DNA from: an uncultured Bacilli bacterium
Lineage (GTDB): Bacteria > Bacillota_I > Bacilli_A > RF39 > UBA660
DNA: 64,000 nt
Assembly (NCBI GenBank): GCA_944331715.1
Contig: CALVIP010000002.1
Location: forward strand, 3,268-67,267
Reading direction: 5' to 3'
In this document: piece by piece, positions 1 through 11,267 of the stretch
Numbering within the stretch: the stretch's first letter is position 1
Layout: each line of letters starts with the position of its first letter
Translations under genes and position numbers: made by a program
Notes under the pieces: generated by a model
Seen by the model: the letters and a program-made list of their open reading frames with translations, nothing else
Database searches by the model: none
What the model was told of the DNA's origin: nothing

Positions 1-397
1 AAGTAGTAACTACGCCTTCTAACATCGCTTGATTATAAATAGAATCTACTAAGTTTCTCTTAGCAAAATCTATATTAAGTTTAACTTCATCACTAAGTTC
101 ACTCTCTTGATAATTTAACTCCTTTAACTTTTTTTCTAAAGTTTTTATTTCTTTCTTTAACTCTTTAGACTTTAGATTATTATTTAAAATCAAGTTATAC
201 AAATCATCACTATATTCCCCTACATACTTAGATACGTTTCTACCAAGCTCTCTATAGTGTACATAAATATATTTCTTTGCATCTTTTTCTCTAACTTCAA
301 TAGAACCACAAATCATATTATTAAGTTGTTCCTCTAAATTATGTTTATAATGTAAAATGTTCATTATCTCGACATTGTCATTCATAAATACCACACC
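1..397 (-). CDS. Partial CDS running off the window edge; the N-terminal region carries a Fic_N-like motif
   Basis: Minus-strand ATG at 397 with an open frame to position 1 (MNDNVEIMNILHYKHNLEEQ...VDSIYNQAMLEGVVTT). The S-x-x-x-x-x-EG-x-x-T motif resembles the N-terminal motif of Fic-family proteins. The identity is tentative. Confidence 0.3.
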
Positions 398-420
398 TCT
401 TTCTTAAACATATTATACAA

Positions 421-472
421 CAAAAGCAAAAAACGTGAAACATTTTTAACATTTCTTTACATTTTGTTTCAC
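421..472 (-). terminator. Rho-independent terminator after ORF 446..847
   Basis: Inverted repeat gtgaaaca/tgtttcac (435-442 and 465-472) enclosing the stop codon, followed on the minus strand by a U-run (plus-strand caaaagcaaaaaac). Confidence 0.45.
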
Positions 473-847
473 ATTTTTCTTATTCTTAAACTCTCTCATT
501 GATATAGCAGAAGCCATTCTCACAGGAACAATAGTAGTTACGTCTTCTTCATCAGCAACAACAGCATAAGCTTCAGGAAAATAATCTCCCAATACACTAG
601 CAGTATAGGAAACATCAGTAAGAGAACTTTCTTTTAAAAGCTCATCAACTTGTAAATTAAGCTCGTTAATTTTAGACCCATAATTAGCAGGATTATTTCT
701 ACCATAAGAAACAAATATTCTAAACAAATACTTAAACCCAAGTTCTTCTGCTTCTCTTATATCTTTTTCAAAAGTAACAATATCACTATTCTTATCAAAA
801 GTAAGTATTAAAGTATTATAATCTTCATTTTTAAAACTAGTCATCAT
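446..847 (-). CDS. Hypothetical protein (133 aa)
   Basis: ORF with a strong RBS (aggagg 8 nt upstream). I recognise no family. Confidence 0.5.
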   Translation of the reverse strand: MMTSFKNEDYNTLILTFDKNSDIVTFEKDIREAEELGFKYLFRIFVSYGRNNPANYGSKINELNLQVDELLKESSLTDVSYTASVLGDYFPEAYAVVADEEDVTTIVPVRMASAISMREFKNKKNVKQNVKKC

Positions 848-877
848 ATTTAAACCTCCTAAACTTCAATAAACAAA

Positions 878-1423
878 TTAATGTTTTCTTTTCTTATGTT
901 TCTTGCAAATAGCAGTTTTAACATATTGATATTTTCTTTCTAAAGCAACATTATAAAATTGCTCTAAATTTAAAAAATAAGTCAAAGAAGAACCTTTCTC
1001 ATAAATTAAAGAATTAATTAACATATTTTTAGTAGTCTGATAAAATTCCATATCATCTTTAAATACTTCTTTAAAATCAACTTCTTCTAATTTTATTGTA
1101 GCATTTCTTACATTTATATAAGGTTTTTCGCACATTTTATATGCTGCGTCTACCGCTATAGAAGCATTAACAAAACTATCCTCAGTAAAACCATGTCTAT
1201 TAATAGAAACAAGCAAACAAGATGCCATTTTAAATGTATCTAAATCTCCTACAACATAATCTTTCCTTAAATGCTCACATAACACCTTATATTCCAAAAT
1301 AATATCATGTATTATTGATAAACTATCTTCTTGTATATCTACATTATTTTCATTTGCCACATCAATAAGTAAATTAATCAATTCTTTATTTCCTATTTTA
1401 GCACTATTTATACTATTTTTCAC
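878..1423 (-). CDS. Hypothetical protein (181 aa)
   Basis: ORF immediately downstream of murD on the same strand. I recognise no family. Confidence 0.5.
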   Translation of the reverse strand: MKNSINSAKIGNKELINLLIDVANENNVDIQEDSLSIIHDIILEYKVLCEHLRKDYVVGDLDTFKMASCLLVSINRHGFTEDSFVNASIAVDAAYKMCEKPYINVRNATIKLEEVDFKEVFKDDMEFYQTTKNMLINSLIYEKGSSLTYFLNLEQFYNVALERKYQYVKTAICKKHKKRKH

Positions 1424-2777
1424 TATCTTTAATGCCCCTAACTATATCTCTAAATTCATCCCCTCTATCCTCACATTGTTTATATTGATCCCATGATGCA
1501 GATGCAGGACTAAGTAACACTGTATCTCCACTCTCTACAACACTATTGATATAGTTCATCGCCTCAACTAATTTTTCAAAAGTATTAGTCTTAATACCAA
1601 CACTATCACCATATTCTTTAACTCTATCACGGCACTCTCCAATACCAACTATCTCTTTAACTGGACTAATAAAATTATCTAAATCATGAAAATCTTGACC
1701 TCTTTCAAGTCCTCCAAGTATTAAGATAACATTCTTATCAAATGATGATAAAGCAATAGTAGTACACTTAGTATTAGTCGCTTCTGTATCATTATAATAA
1801 TCTACACCATTAACTTTATCTATAAACTCTAATCTATGTCTAACACCAGTAAATGTCTTTAAAACACTAACTATTGATTCATTATCAACTCCCACTTCTT
1901 TTGCAATCATCATTGCCCCTAAAGCATTCTCAACATTATGATTACCTTTAAGTAAGAACTCATCTCTATTCATAATAAATTCATCATAATAATAAAGTTT
2001 ATCATCTATCATATATGCTCCATTTATCTCATGTTTAGAAGAAAAGTACTTAACATTACTCTTAATATCAGTAGTGCCCTTCATTACTTCATCATTTTCT
2101 ATATTTAAGATAGCAATATCATCATCACGCTGATTTGCAAAAAGTTTAAGTTTTACTTTTTTATATTCATCATAACTACCAAAGAAATCTATATGAGCTT
2201 CAGCCAAATTAGTCATTAAAGCAATATGAGGTCTAAACTCTTTCATATTAGCAAGTTGTTGACAAGATACTTCCATCACGATAATATCTCCACTCTCTAA
2301 CTTTTCTAAAAAACTACACAAAGGATAACCAATATTACCTGCTAAATGCACTCTCTTACCACTCTTCTTTATCATCTCATAAGTAAGAGTTGTCGTAGTA
2401 GTCTTACCATTAGTACCAGTAATACCAATTAATGTAACATCATTAGGTAATAATCTATAAGCCATCTCTGCTTCATTAATAACTTCTATTCCTAACTCTT
2501 TCGCCCTAACTACATACTTATGATTATTTCTAATACCAGGATTTTTAATAACATAATCAAAACTATCATCAAGTAAATCATCAGGATGACTATCAAATAT
2601 TAAAGTAACACCAAGCTCCTCTAGTTCTAAAACCTTCTTCTCATCCTGCTTATCTCGACTCCCTCCATCATTTAAGATAATAGTATTATCATATTTACTT
2701 AAATATCTACATACTTCATAGCCACTACGTGCCATCCCTAATACTAATATTTTTTTATTTTCAAACATAATCATCAC
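1413..2777 (-). CDS. murD: UDP-N-acetylmuramoylalanine--D-glutamate ligase
   Basis: N-terminal ILVLGMARSG Rossmann motif and GITGTNGKTTTT P-loop of the Mur ligase family; the ~450 aa length is typical of MurD. Confidence 0.9.
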   Translation of the reverse strand: MMIMFENKKILVLGMARSGYEVCRYLSKYDNTIILNDGGSRDKQDEKKVLELEELGVTLIFDSHPDDLLDDSFDYVIKNPGIRNNHKYVVRAKELGIEVINEAEMAYRLLPNDVTLIGITGTNGKTTTTTLTYEMIKKSGKRVHLAGNIGYPLCSFLEKLESGDIIVMEVSCQQLANMKEFRPHIALMTNLAEAHIDFFGSYDEYKKVKLKLFANQRDDDIAILNIENDEVMKGTTDIKSNVKYFSSKHEINGAYMIDDKLYYYDEFIMNRDEFLLKGNHNVENALGAMMIAKEVGVDNESIVSVLKTFTGVRHRLEFIDKVNGVDYYNDTEATNTKCTTIALSSFDKNVILILGGLERGQDFHDLDNFISPVKEIVGIGECRDRVKEYGDSVGIKTNTFEKLVEAMNYINSVVESGDTVLLSPASASWDQYKQCEDRGDEFRDIVRGIKDSEK

Positions 2778-2872
2778 TCGTTTCCTTCAATAACATTATA
2801 CTAAATAATAGAAATATTTAAACCCTTTAATTGAAAAGTAATCAATATATTGATATAATTTAATAAAAGAAA

Positions 2873-4129
2873 GTGTGGTCTTATATGAAAATAATAACTC
2901 TAGATGAAATAAGTTTTGACAAATTTGCAAATACTCACAAATACCGTAACTATTATCAAACATCAGCTTATGGTAAAACTATAAAAAATAATGGTTATGA
3001 TATTCATTACATCGGTATTGTAGATGATTCAGATAATCTTTTAGGAGCATCTCTACTTCTATATAAAGAAGTAATGATGAACTACAAAATTGCCTATGCC
3101 CCACGTGGTTTTCTTTTCGACTACACTAATATTAACAACTTAAAAGAATTCACAACTAGACTAAAGAAATTACTAAGTAAACAAGGCTTTATTTCTATTA
3201 CAATTGATCCCTATCTTCCCGTTAATATAAGAGATAAAGATGGTAAAATAATGAATATTAATAATGAAGCGAATATTGCATTAGAAAACCTAAAAGCCTC
3301 AGGATATAACTATTTAGGACCAAATCTATTCTTTGAAAGTAAAAAACCAAGATTTGAAGCGATTATTACTCTAAATGATGATATTAAAGATATATATCAA
3401 AGCTTTGAAAAAAGAGTAAGACACAAGATTAAGAAAGCTATTAGGAGTGGAATAGAAATATATAAAGGATCTAAAGATGATCTTCCTACATTTTATGATC
3501 TAATAAAGAAGAAATATGATAAACCATTAAATTATTATATAGATTTATATAATAACTTTGATACAGGCATTGATTTATACTTTGCTAAACTAAATACAGA
3601 AACTTTTGTTATCACTAGTAGATTACAATATGAAAGAGAAATAGAAGTAAATAATGACCTAGCTAATAAAATACAAAGTAGTAAAAATGAAAATACTAAA
3701 AAGAAACTAATTAATGAAAAAATGGAATCTGACAAATTAGTAAACACTTACAAAAAGAATCTTGTCTGGGCTACTAATTTACTAAAAGAAAATCCTGAAG
3801 GTCTAATTATCGGAACATCTCTAAATTTAACTTATGACAATGTCTGTTATTTAATAATAGAAGGATTTAATCAAAGTTTTAAAACTTTAAATCCAAACTA
3901 TCTTATAAAATGGAAAATGATAAATGACTACAAAAATAAGAATATTAAATACATAAATTTAAATGCTGTAAGTGGTGATTTTACAAATATTAACAAATAC
4001 AGTGGTCTTAACGAAATGAAACTAGGCTTTAATTCATTAGTAACTGAATATATAGGAGAATTTGAACTTATTATTAGTCCTCTACCTTATAATTTATATA
4101 AGAATTTAAACAAAGAGAAAAAGAAATAA
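2873..4129 (+). CDS. FemAB-family peptidoglycan interpeptide-bridge aminoacyltransferase
   Basis: About 418 aa with FemA/FemX-like N-terminal and C-terminal acyltransferase halves and a central coiled-coil region (NKIQSSKNENTKKKLINEK). The size and architecture are typical of FemAB/MurM. Confidence 0.7.
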   Translation: MWSYMKIITLDEISFDKFANTHKYRNYYQTSAYGKTIKNNGYDIHYIGIVDDSDNLLGASLLLYKEVMMNYKIAYAPRGFLFDYTNINNLKEFTTRLKKLLSKQGFISITIDPYLPVNIRDKDGKIMNINNEANIALENLKASGYNYLGPNLFFESKKPRFEAIITLNDDIKDIYQSFEKRVRHKIKKAIRSGIEIYKGSKDDLPTFYDLIKKKYDKPLNYYIDLYNNFDTGIDLYFAKLNTETFVITSRLQYEREIEVNNDLANKIQSSKNENTKKKLINEKMESDKLVNTYKKNLVWATNLLKENPEGLIIGTSLNLTYDNVCYLIIEGFNQSFKTLNPNYLIKWKMINDYKNKNIKYINLNAVSGDFTNINKYSGLNEMKLGFNSLVTEYIGEFELIISPLPYNLYKNLNKEKKK

Positions 4130-4136
4130 AAATATT

Positions 4137-4811
4137 CTAATCGCTAGAATATTTTTTTATATCGTCTTCACTAAAACATATACTATCCATTACTTCATTA
4201 GCAACATCTTCCCACTCTTCATAAACACCAACTGGGGTATTAAACTCAATAGTAACTAGTTTATTATCAAAAGTAAAAAATCTAAGATTATAATATGTAT
4301 TCGCATCTGTTGCCACTAATTTTGCAAAAGTCTTATCATGCTCCTGATAAACTCCACTATCTATTACAGTCATATTAGTAAGTCCTGCTATCCTATTATT
4401 AAGATAAGCTTCTAACCCATCATCAGTCATATCTTCATTAGTAGTACTTACAAAAATATGCTCTAAATCGTCATTACTCATAAATACAAGTTCAGGACGA
4501 TTATTATAGTTATATTTAGACTTTAATGTCGCCTCATCTAACATTGTAAAAGTATCAGGAACATTTAAAAAGAAACTACTATCAACTCTATAAGTCTTAA
4601 AGTTAATTTCTACTCCATCTACTTCAAGTTTTTCTTCTTTCTTCGCTTCTTGCTCATTATTTTCTTCTTCCCTAAGAGACTTTACATGATTATCATGAAT
4701 AATATTAGCAAGGAAAAAAGCAACTACTACTATTACAATGATGCCTATAACCCCTAAAATAATCTCTTTTCTATTCATATTAAACACCATAAAAAGTATA
4801 TCACATATCAA
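4137..4811 (-). CDS. Membrane-anchored hypothetical protein
   Basis: N-terminal transmembrane helix (ILGVIGIIVIVVVAFFLANII), then a charged linker and a globular domain. I recognise no family. Confidence 0.5.
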   Translation of the reverse strand: MICDILFMVFNMNRKEIILGVIGIIVIVVVAFFLANIIHDNHVKSLREEENNEQEAKKEEKLEVDGVEINFKTYRVDSSFFLNVPDTFTMLDEATLKSKYNYNNRPELVFMSNDDLEHIFVSTTNEDMTDDGLEAYLNNRIAGLTNMTVIDSGVYQEHDKTFAKLVATDANTYYNLRFFTFDNKLVTIEFNTPVGVYEEWEDVANEVMDSICFSEDDIKKYSSD

Positions 4812-4813
4812 AC

Positions 4814-4841
4814 AAAAAAAGAAGTCCTAAGACTTCTTTTA
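4814..4841 (-). terminator. Rho-independent terminator of the str operon (after tuf)
   Basis: Minus-strand sequence aagaagtc-ttag-gacttctt followed by a U7 run. Confidence 0.7.
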
Positions 4842-4849
4842 AGCTTCTA

Positions 4850-6040
4850 TTATCCTTCGATTTCAGAAACAACACCAGCACCAACAGTACGTCCACCCTC
4901 ACGGATAGAGAACTTAGTACCTTTTTCAATAGCAATTGGGTGAATTAATTCAACTTCCATTGTTACGTTATCACCAGGCATAACCATTTCTACACCTTCT
5001 GGTAAAGTAATTACACCAGTAACATCAGTAGTTCTGAAATAGAATTGTGGACGATAGTTACTGAAGAATGGAGTATGACGTCCACCTTCTTCTTTACTTA
5101 GTACGTAAACTTCAGCTTTAAATTTACTATGAGGTTTAACACTACCAGGTTTAGCAAGAACTTGTCCACGTTCAACTTGTTCACGAGAGATACCACGAAG
5201 TAAAACTCCTGCATTATCTCCAGCTTCTGCATAATCAAGTTGTTTTCTAAACATTTCGATACCAGTAACAACTGTCTTTTGAGTATCACGGATACCAACG
5301 ATTTCAACTTCATCGTTAAGTTTTAATTGTCCACGTTCAACACGTCCAGTAACAACTGTACCACGACCTGTAATAGTGAATACATCTTCAATACTCATTA
5401 AGAAAGGTTTATCAGTATCACGTTCAGGAGTTGGAATCCATTCATCAACAGCATCCATAAGTTCATAGATTGCGTTAACATATTTCTCTTCTCCTTCAAG
5501 AGCTTTAAGAGCAGAACCCTTAATAACTGGAGTATTATCTCCATCAAATCCATATTCGTTTAATAAATCACGAACTTCCATTTCAACTAAATCGATTAAC
5601 TCATCATCATCAACCATATCACATTTGTTTAAGAATACAACCATACGAGGTACTCCAACTTGACGTGATAATAGGATGTGTTCACGAGTTTGAGCCATAG
5701 CTCCATCAGTAGCAGCAATTACAAGAATTGCACCATCCATTTGAGCAGCACCAGTAATCATGTTTTTAACATAGTCAGCATGTCCTGGGCAGTCAACGTG
5801 AGCATAATGACGTTTTTCAGTTTGGTATTCTACGTGTGCAGTATTAATTGTAATACCACGTTCTCTTTCTTCTGGAGCTTTATCAATGTTTGCATAATCT
5901 GTAAAATCAGCCCATGCAGGGTTTTTATCATGTAAACATTTAGTAATAGCTGCAGTTAATGTAGTTTTACCATGATCTACGTGTCCAATTGTACCAATGT
6001 TAACATGTGGTTTTGAACGATCAAATTTTTGTTTTGCCAT
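4850..6040 (-). CDS. tuf: Elongation factor Tu
   Basis: [16 protein letters not shown]1 motif, DCPGHADY and NKCD motifs. The start is set at [12 protein letters not shown] (ATG at 6040), which is preceded by aggagg. Confidence 0.97.
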   Translation of the reverse strand: MAKQKFDRSKPHVNIGTIGHVDHGKTTLTAAITKCLHDKNPAWADFTDYANIDKAPEERERGITINTAHVEYQTEKRHYAHVDCPGHADYVKNMITGAAQMDGAILVIAATDGAMAQTREHILLSRQVGVPRMVVFLNKCDMVDDDELIDLVEMEVRDLLNEYGFDGDNTPVIKGSALKALEGEEKYVNAIYELMDAVDEWIPTPERDTDKPFLMSIEDVFTITGRGTVVTGRVERGQLKLNDEVEIVGIRDTQKTVVTGIEMFRKQLDYAEAGDNAGVLLRGISREQVERGQVLAKPGSVKPHSKFKAEVYVLSKEEGGRHTPFFSNYRPQFYFRTTDVTGVITLPEGVEMVMPGDNVTMEVELIHPIAIEKGTKFSIREGGRTVGAGVVSEIEG

Positions 6041-6131
6041 ATTTTTTTCCTCCTCTTTTAATTTCATTATATATTTTATCTAACAATTACTAAATTTGCA
6101 ACTGTTTAGAACTAATTTTATAGAGTTTCTA

Positions 6132-8201
6132 TTAATTTCCACTCTTTTTAATAATTTCTTCAGCAATATTTTTAGGTACTTCTTCATAATGATCAAATGT
6201 CATAACAAAGTTACCTCTACCTTGAGTATTACTACGTAAGTTAGTAGCATATCCAAACATCTCAGAAAGTGGAACCATTGCTGATAATTTAACCACGTTT
6301 CCAAGTGACTCTTGTCCTAGTGGACGACCACGTCTACTAGTTAAGTCTCCCATAACGTTACCGAAGTATTCATCAGGGGTAGTAACATCAACTTTCATGA
6401 TTGGTTCAAGTAATACTGCTTGACATTTATTCTTAGCTTCTTTTAAAGCCATAGATGCAGCAATCTTGAATGCCATTTCACTAGAGTCAACATCATGGTA
6501 TGAACCATCATATAATGTTGCTTTAACATCAATCATAGGATATCCTGCTAAAATACCAGTTTGCATTGCTTCTTGTAATCCCTTATCTACAACAGGAATA
6601 TATTCACGAGGAACAACACCACCTACGATTTGATCAACAAATTCATAACCTTTATCTTGATTTGGTTCAAACTTAATCCAAACATGTCCATATTGTCCAC
6701 GTCCACCAGATTGCTTAATATACTTACCTTCACATTCAGCAGTTTGCTTAATAGTTTCACGATAAGCAACTTGTGGTGCACCAACATTAGCTTCAACATG
6801 GAATTCACGTTTCATACGATCAACTAATACATCAAGGTGTAACTCACCCATACCAGCGATAACAGTTTGACCTGTTTCATGATCAGTATGAACTTTAAAT
6901 GTTGGATCTTCTTCAGCAAGTTTTTGTAATGCAAGTGCCATCTTATCTTGATCTGCCTTACTCTTAGGTTCAACAGCAAGTTGAATAACTGGCTCAGGAA
7001 CAATAAGTTTCTCTAAGATAATAGGTTTCTTCTCATCACATAATGTATCTCCAGTAGTAGTATTCTTAAGTCCAACAGCAGCCGCTATATCACCAGTATA
7101 CACATCACTAATTTCTTTACGAGTATTAGCATGCATTTGTAATATACGACCAATTCTTTCTTTAACATCTTTAGTAGAGTTAAGTACATAACTACCACTA
7201 GCTAAATGTCCTGAATAAACTCTAAAGAATGTTAAACGTCCAACAAAAGGATCAGTCATAACTTTAAATGCTAATGCACTAAATGGTTCATTATCACTTG
7301 GATGACGAACTTCCTCTTCACCTTTTAAGTTATGTCCTTTAATTGATTCAACATCAAGTGGACTTGGTAAATAATCAATAACTGCATCCATTAAAGGTTT
7401 AATACCCTTATTACCTAAAGCATCTCCACACATAACTGGGAAGAACTTAGTTGCAAGGCATCCTTTACGAATAGCACGTTTAATCATTTCAACAGTTACT
7501 TCTCCACCTTCTAAGTATGTTTCCATCATTTCATCATCAAATTCAGCGGTCGCTTCAATTAAGTCAGCATGTTTCTCTTCTACTAAGTCTTTTAAGTCAG
7601 CAGGAATATCTATCTCCTTAGCTTCCTCTTCAGGCTTACCATCAAACTCAATTGCTTTCATAGTAACTAAATCAATAACTCCACGGAAATCATCTTCAGC
7701 CCCAATTGGCCATTCAATAGGTTTAGCATTAACTCCTAAACGATCTTTTATTGATTTAAGACTATAATTAAAGTCAGCACCCATTTTACCCATTTTATTA
7801 GCAAAAATAATTCTAGGTACCATAAATTCATCAGCTTGTCTCCAAACTGTTTCCATTTGAGGTTCAACACCAGCTTGAGCATCAAGCAAAGCTACAGAAC
7901 CATCTAAAACTCTTAAACTACGACTAACTTCGATAGTAAAGTCTACGTGTCCTGGAGTATCGATTATATTAAAACGATGATTTTTCCAGTGTACTGTAGT
8001 AGCAGCACTTGTAATTGTAATACCACGTTCTTTTTCTTGTTCCATCCAGTCCATTTGACTAGCACCATCATGAGTTTCTCCAATTTTATGGATATTACCA
8101 CCATGGAACAAAATACGTTCAGTAGTTGTAGTCTTACCAGCATCGATATGAGCCATAATTCCAAAGTTTCTTGTCTTCTCTAAAGACGTATCTCTTGCCA
8201 T
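6132..8201 (-). CDS. fusA: Elongation factor G
   Basis: [15 protein letters not shown] and DTPGHVDF motifs. The 689 aa length and position in the str operon fit EF-G. Confidence 0.97.
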   Translation of the reverse strand: MARDTSLEKTRNFGIMAHIDAGKTTTTERILFHGGNIHKIGETHDGASQMDWMEQEKERGITITSAATTVHWKNHRFNIIDTPGHVDFTIEVSRSLRVLDGSVALLDAQAGVEPQMETVWRQADEFMVPRIIFANKMGKMGADFNYSLKSIKDRLGVNAKPIEWPIGAEDDFRGVIDLVTMKAIEFDGKPEEEAKEIDIPADLKDLVEEKHADLIEATAEFDDEMMETYLEGGEVTVEMIKRAIRKGCLATKFFPVMCGDALGNKGIKPLMDAVIDYLPSPLDVESIKGHNLKGEEEVRHPSDNEPFSALAFKVMTDPFVGRLTFFRVYSGHLASGSYVLNSTKDVKERIGRILQMHANTRKEISDVYTGDIAAAVGLKNTTTGDTLCDEKKPIILEKLIVPEPVIQLAVEPKSKADQDKMALALQKLAEEDPTFKVHTDHETGQTVIAGMGELHLDVLVDRMKREFHVEANVGAPQVAYRETIKQTAECEGKYIKQSGGRGQYGHVWIKFEPNQDKGYEFVDQIVGGVVPREYIPVVDKGLQEAMQTGILAGYPMIDVKATLYDGSYHDVDSSEMAFKIAASMALKEAKNKCQAVLLEPIMKVDVTTPDEYFGNVMGDLTSRRGRPLGQESLGNVVKLSAMVPLSEMFGYATNLRSNTQGRGNFVMTFDHYEEVPKNIAEEIIKKSGN

Positions 8202-8213
8202 AATTTCTCCTTC

Positions 8214-8681
8214 CTACCAACGATAATGTGCATAAGCCTTATTAGCTTCTGCCATTCTGTGGGTATCTTCACGTTTTTTAACAGCAGCACCTGTTCCATT
8301 AGATGCATCTATAATTTCATTAGCTAAATTATCAGCCATTCCACGTCCTCCACGTTTTCTAGAAAAACCAACTAACCAACGTAAAGCTAAAGCTTCTGCT
8401 CTTGCTGGAGTAACTTCTTGAGGAACTTGATAATTAGCACCACCAACTCTTCTAGATTTAACTTCTAAAAGAGGTTTAATATTTTCCATCGCTTGATTAA
8501 AAGTCTCTAATGAATCTTTACCAGTCTTTTCTTTAACGATATTAAAAGCATCATAAACGATAGTTTGAGCAACACCTTTTTTACCATCAAGCATAACTGT
8601 ATTAATTAGTTTAGCAACAGTCTTAGACTTATATATAGGATCTGGTAAAATATCTCTTTTAACAGCACGTCTTTTACGCAT
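8214..8681 (-). CDS. rpsG: 30S ribosomal protein S7
   Basis: 155 aa with a characteristic S7 sequence ([17 protein letters not shown]...). It sits between rpsL and fusA. Confidence 0.95.
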   Translation of the reverse strand: MRKRRAVKRDILPDPIYKSKTVAKLINTVMLDGKKGVAQTIVYDAFNIVKEKTGKDSLETFNQAMENIKPLLEVKSRRVGGANYQVPQEVTPARAEALALRWLVGFSRKRGGRGMADNLANEIIDASNGTGAAVKKREDTHRMAEANKAYAHYRW

Positions 8682-8712
8682 AATTTATCCTCCTTCCGAT
8701 TTCTTTCACATA

Positions 8713-9126
8713 TTAATTCTTAGGTCTTTTAGCCCCGTATTTACTACGGCCTTGTTTTCTATCTTTAACTCCCGCTGTATCTAGTGCGCCACGAATAATA
8801 TGATAACGAACTCCGATTAAGTCCTTAACACGTCCACCACGAACTAATACAACACTATGCTCTTGTAAGTTATGTCCAATACCAGGAATGTATGTATCTA
8901 CTTCCTTACCATTACTTAATCTAACACGAGCATACTTACGTAAAGCTGAGTTTGGTTTCTTAGGTGTCTTAGTACCAACACGAGTACATACTCCACGTTT
9001 TTGAGGAGATGGATTATTTGTTTGTTTTCTTCTAATTGTATTAACTCCTACTAAAAGTACTGGAGCTTTACTCTTACGAGTTTTACTTCCTCTACCTTTA
9101 CGAACTAATTGATTTACTGTAGGCAT
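8713..9126 (-). CDS. rpsL: 30S ribosomal protein S12
   Basis: [13 protein letters not shown]-terminus and the conserved [10 protein letters not shown] motif. The start is trimmed to M4 of the ORF. Confidence 0.95.
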   Translation of the reverse strand: MPTVNQLVRKGRGSKTRKSKAPVLLVGVNTIRRKQTNNPSPQKRGVCTRVGTKTPKKPNSALRKYARVRLSNGKEVDTYIPGIGHNLQEHSVVLVRGGRVKDLIGVRYHIIRGALDTAGVKDRKQGRSKYGAKRPKN

Positions 9127-9187
9127 TGTAATCATTAACTCCTTTCTTTACACATATCCAGGTGTATCATATTTACTTTTAAATAAA

Positions 9188-9210
9188 ATTTTGCCCATGG
9201 CAAAACTAAA
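9188..9210. promoter_or_regulatory. Palindromic hairpin in the rpsL 5' leader (possible attenuator or terminator)
   Basis: ttttgcc-catg-ggcaaaa is a perfect palindrome followed by a T-rich stretch on the minus strand. It lies downstream of a candidate TTGACA-18-TATAGT promoter at about 9255-9290. Confidence 0.3.
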
Positions 9211-9477
9211 TTTAAATTAGCAAACATACTATAACATTATATGCAACTACTTGTCAATATATTTTCTAAAATTTTCCCATTATAAAAATGCAACTATTAT
9301 GTCGCATTTACCCTTTTTATTTAGTATGAACTTTAACTTTATCAGAGTAGTTAAAAACTCTATCTTCACTACCAACAAGAGATAAAGCATAATTATAAAC
9401 GTTATCTTCTAAAGCATTTTCTGTATTTAGTAATTTCACTTCATTCATATCTCTAAACATCACAGTTAATCAATAAT

Positions 9478-10485
9478 CTAAGTATTTCGTATATTAGACA
9501 ACACTTTCTTCTTAACATCATCTATATTTACAACTTCCATAGAATTATCAAGTTCTTTAATAAAACTAAATTCCTCGCTATCTTCACTTATAGTATAGGT
9601 ACCATACTTACTAATAATAAGTTTATTAAACTCATTTAAAATCTCCATTTTTTTATCATTACTAATATTCCAATTATATATTTCTCTAAGTCTATCTAAG
9701 CAAGAAATAATTTGTATTTTCCTAATCTCTTCTTTAGATGAATAATAAGTACCATCATTAATTGTTTGTATAGTAATATCATCACACACTTTAAAAATAT
9801 CAAATATATCTTGATTAACACTTAAACAAGAAGCCATAATTCCTTTACTATTACTTCTATAGAAATAATAGTTAGATGGAATAAAACCAATTACAGAGGC
9901 TTTTAAAATAGTAGGATAAACAAATGCTATATCTTCCCATTTAACAGCAGGAATAAAAGGTTCTTCATTAAATAAATCTCTTCGGTATATTTTATTACAA
10001 CAAGCTGGTGACTCATAACATAAAAAGCCCGGATTTTTAGAAACGTCAATAATTATAGGTGAAATATTATCACAGTCACTCTCAATAAAACATTTACTAC
10101 TATCTTTTTCCAAAACTCTTTGAACTCCAGTAGTTACAACTTTTAAACCTTTACACTTACCTATTAAAGTCAACATATCTCCATACATATTTCTATGAAT
10201 AAAATCATCACTATCAACAAAACCAATGTATTCACCACTAGCATATTTAAGACCTATATTTCTAGCAACAGAAACACCTTTATTTTCATCTAAATGAATA
10301 TATTTAAAAATATCAGGTAACAACTCACAATATTTTTTAATTATATCTAAACTATTATCACTAGAATTATCATCTACAATAATTACTTCAAAATCCAAAA
10401 CATCTTGTAACACTAAACTATTTAAACAATCTTCTAAATAAGTTCCACTATTATAAACAGGAACTATTATACTCAAACACTTCAT
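9478..10485 (-). CDS. Family 2 glycosyltransferase
   Basis: N-terminal IIVPVYNSGTYLEDCLNSL...IIVDDNSSDNS GT-A (GT2) signature and a DSDD motif. Confidence 0.8.
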   Translation of the reverse strand: MKCLSIIVPVYNSGTYLEDCLNSLVLQDVLDFEVIIVDDNSSDNSLDIIKKYCELLPDIFKYIHLDENKGVSVARNIGLKYASGEYIGFVDSDDFIHRNMYGDMLTLIGKCKGLKVVTTGVQRVLEKDSSKCFIESDCDNISPIIIDVSKNPGFLCYESPACCNKIYRRDLFNEEPFIPAVKWEDIAFVYPTILKASVIGFIPSNYYFYRSNSKGIMASCLSVNQDIFDIFKVCDDITIQTINDGTYYSSKEEIRKIQIISCLDRLREIYNWNISNDKKMEILNEFNKLIISKYGTYTISEDSEEFSFIKELDNSMEVVNIDDVKKKVLSNIRNT

Positions 10486-10688
10486 AAACCCACCCTATCA
10501 GAAAAATGGCATTATAAATAAAATAAAAATACAATAATTATTATTAAATTTTTCTACATTTACTGAAAAGCACTACAATTATAGCCACAAAAACAACAAT
10601 ACCACTTCACATTTGAAACATATTATATATTATTATTAATATTATGTCAATAAACCCCAATACGTTTTATAACTATTTATCTAAACCT

Positions 10689-11057
10689 TTATTTGCTTTT
10701 TTTCTTTACTACTATTCCTTCTATTACAAAAACAGCTTCTAAAATAGCTAAAAAAATTAACATAGACCTAAGAAAAGCATAAACAAACGAATACAATTGA
10801 AGATCTCGAATATTATCCATATTTGCAAAAAAATGTAATAATATAAGTACACCAGTAAAAACAAAAGCTATTTTTTTATATTTTTCAACATATGAAAAAA
10901 TATTATCATTAACAAGATATAAAGTACCTGCTAACAAAAGAGCATAAGAGCTAAATTCAACAATAAGCATAGCAGAAGGACCAAAAACAAATAATACATA
11001 CCATATAACAACTATATTTATAATTAAAATCCACCTACATTTTTCATATATATTCAT
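10689..11057 (-). CDS. Small polytopic membrane protein
   Basis: 122 aa with four predicted hydrophobic helices. I recognise no family. Confidence 0.45.
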   Translation of the reverse strand: MNIYEKCRWILIINIVVIWYVLFVFGPSAMLIVEFSSYALLLAGTLYLVNDNIFSYVEKYKKIAFVFTGVLILLHFFANMDNIRDLQLYSFVYAFLRSMLIFLAILEAVFVIEGIVVKKKSK

Positions 11058-11267
11058 AATCTTTACCTTCTTTCGTTAATGATAAAAAGCATTCTCCCAT
11101 AATCTTTTTCCTCCAAATCTAGAAAACACTTTCACAAGTAAACTCTATTTCTTATTACTATGTATAATCCTCATATCTTGTTCTGCCATTCACTATTATC
11201 TATAATATCAACCTATTCTACTTCAATAATAACACCTTTTAGCAAAAAGAAAAAGACTCTAAAAGTC

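Noticed and set aside
3535-3747. 70-aa ORF antisense inside the FemAB gene
   Set aside because: It is fully embedded on the opposite strand of a well-supported CDS. The product is low-complexity and hydrophobic, as is typical of AT-rich antisense frames.
5098-8183. Several 60-85 aa ORFs (5098..5313, 5678..5935, 6623..6808, 6630..6827, 7947..8183, 7964..8164) inside tuf and fusA
   Set aside because: They overlap highly conserved EF-Tu/EF-G coding sequence in other frames. They have no RBS and are spurious.
9317-9448. 43-aa ORF (MNEVKLLNTENALEDNVYNYALSLVGSEDRVFNYSDKVKVHTK) between the GT2 gene and the rpsL promoter
   Set aside because: It has no convincing RBS and no family resemblance. It is probably a chance ORF in a 340-bp leader.
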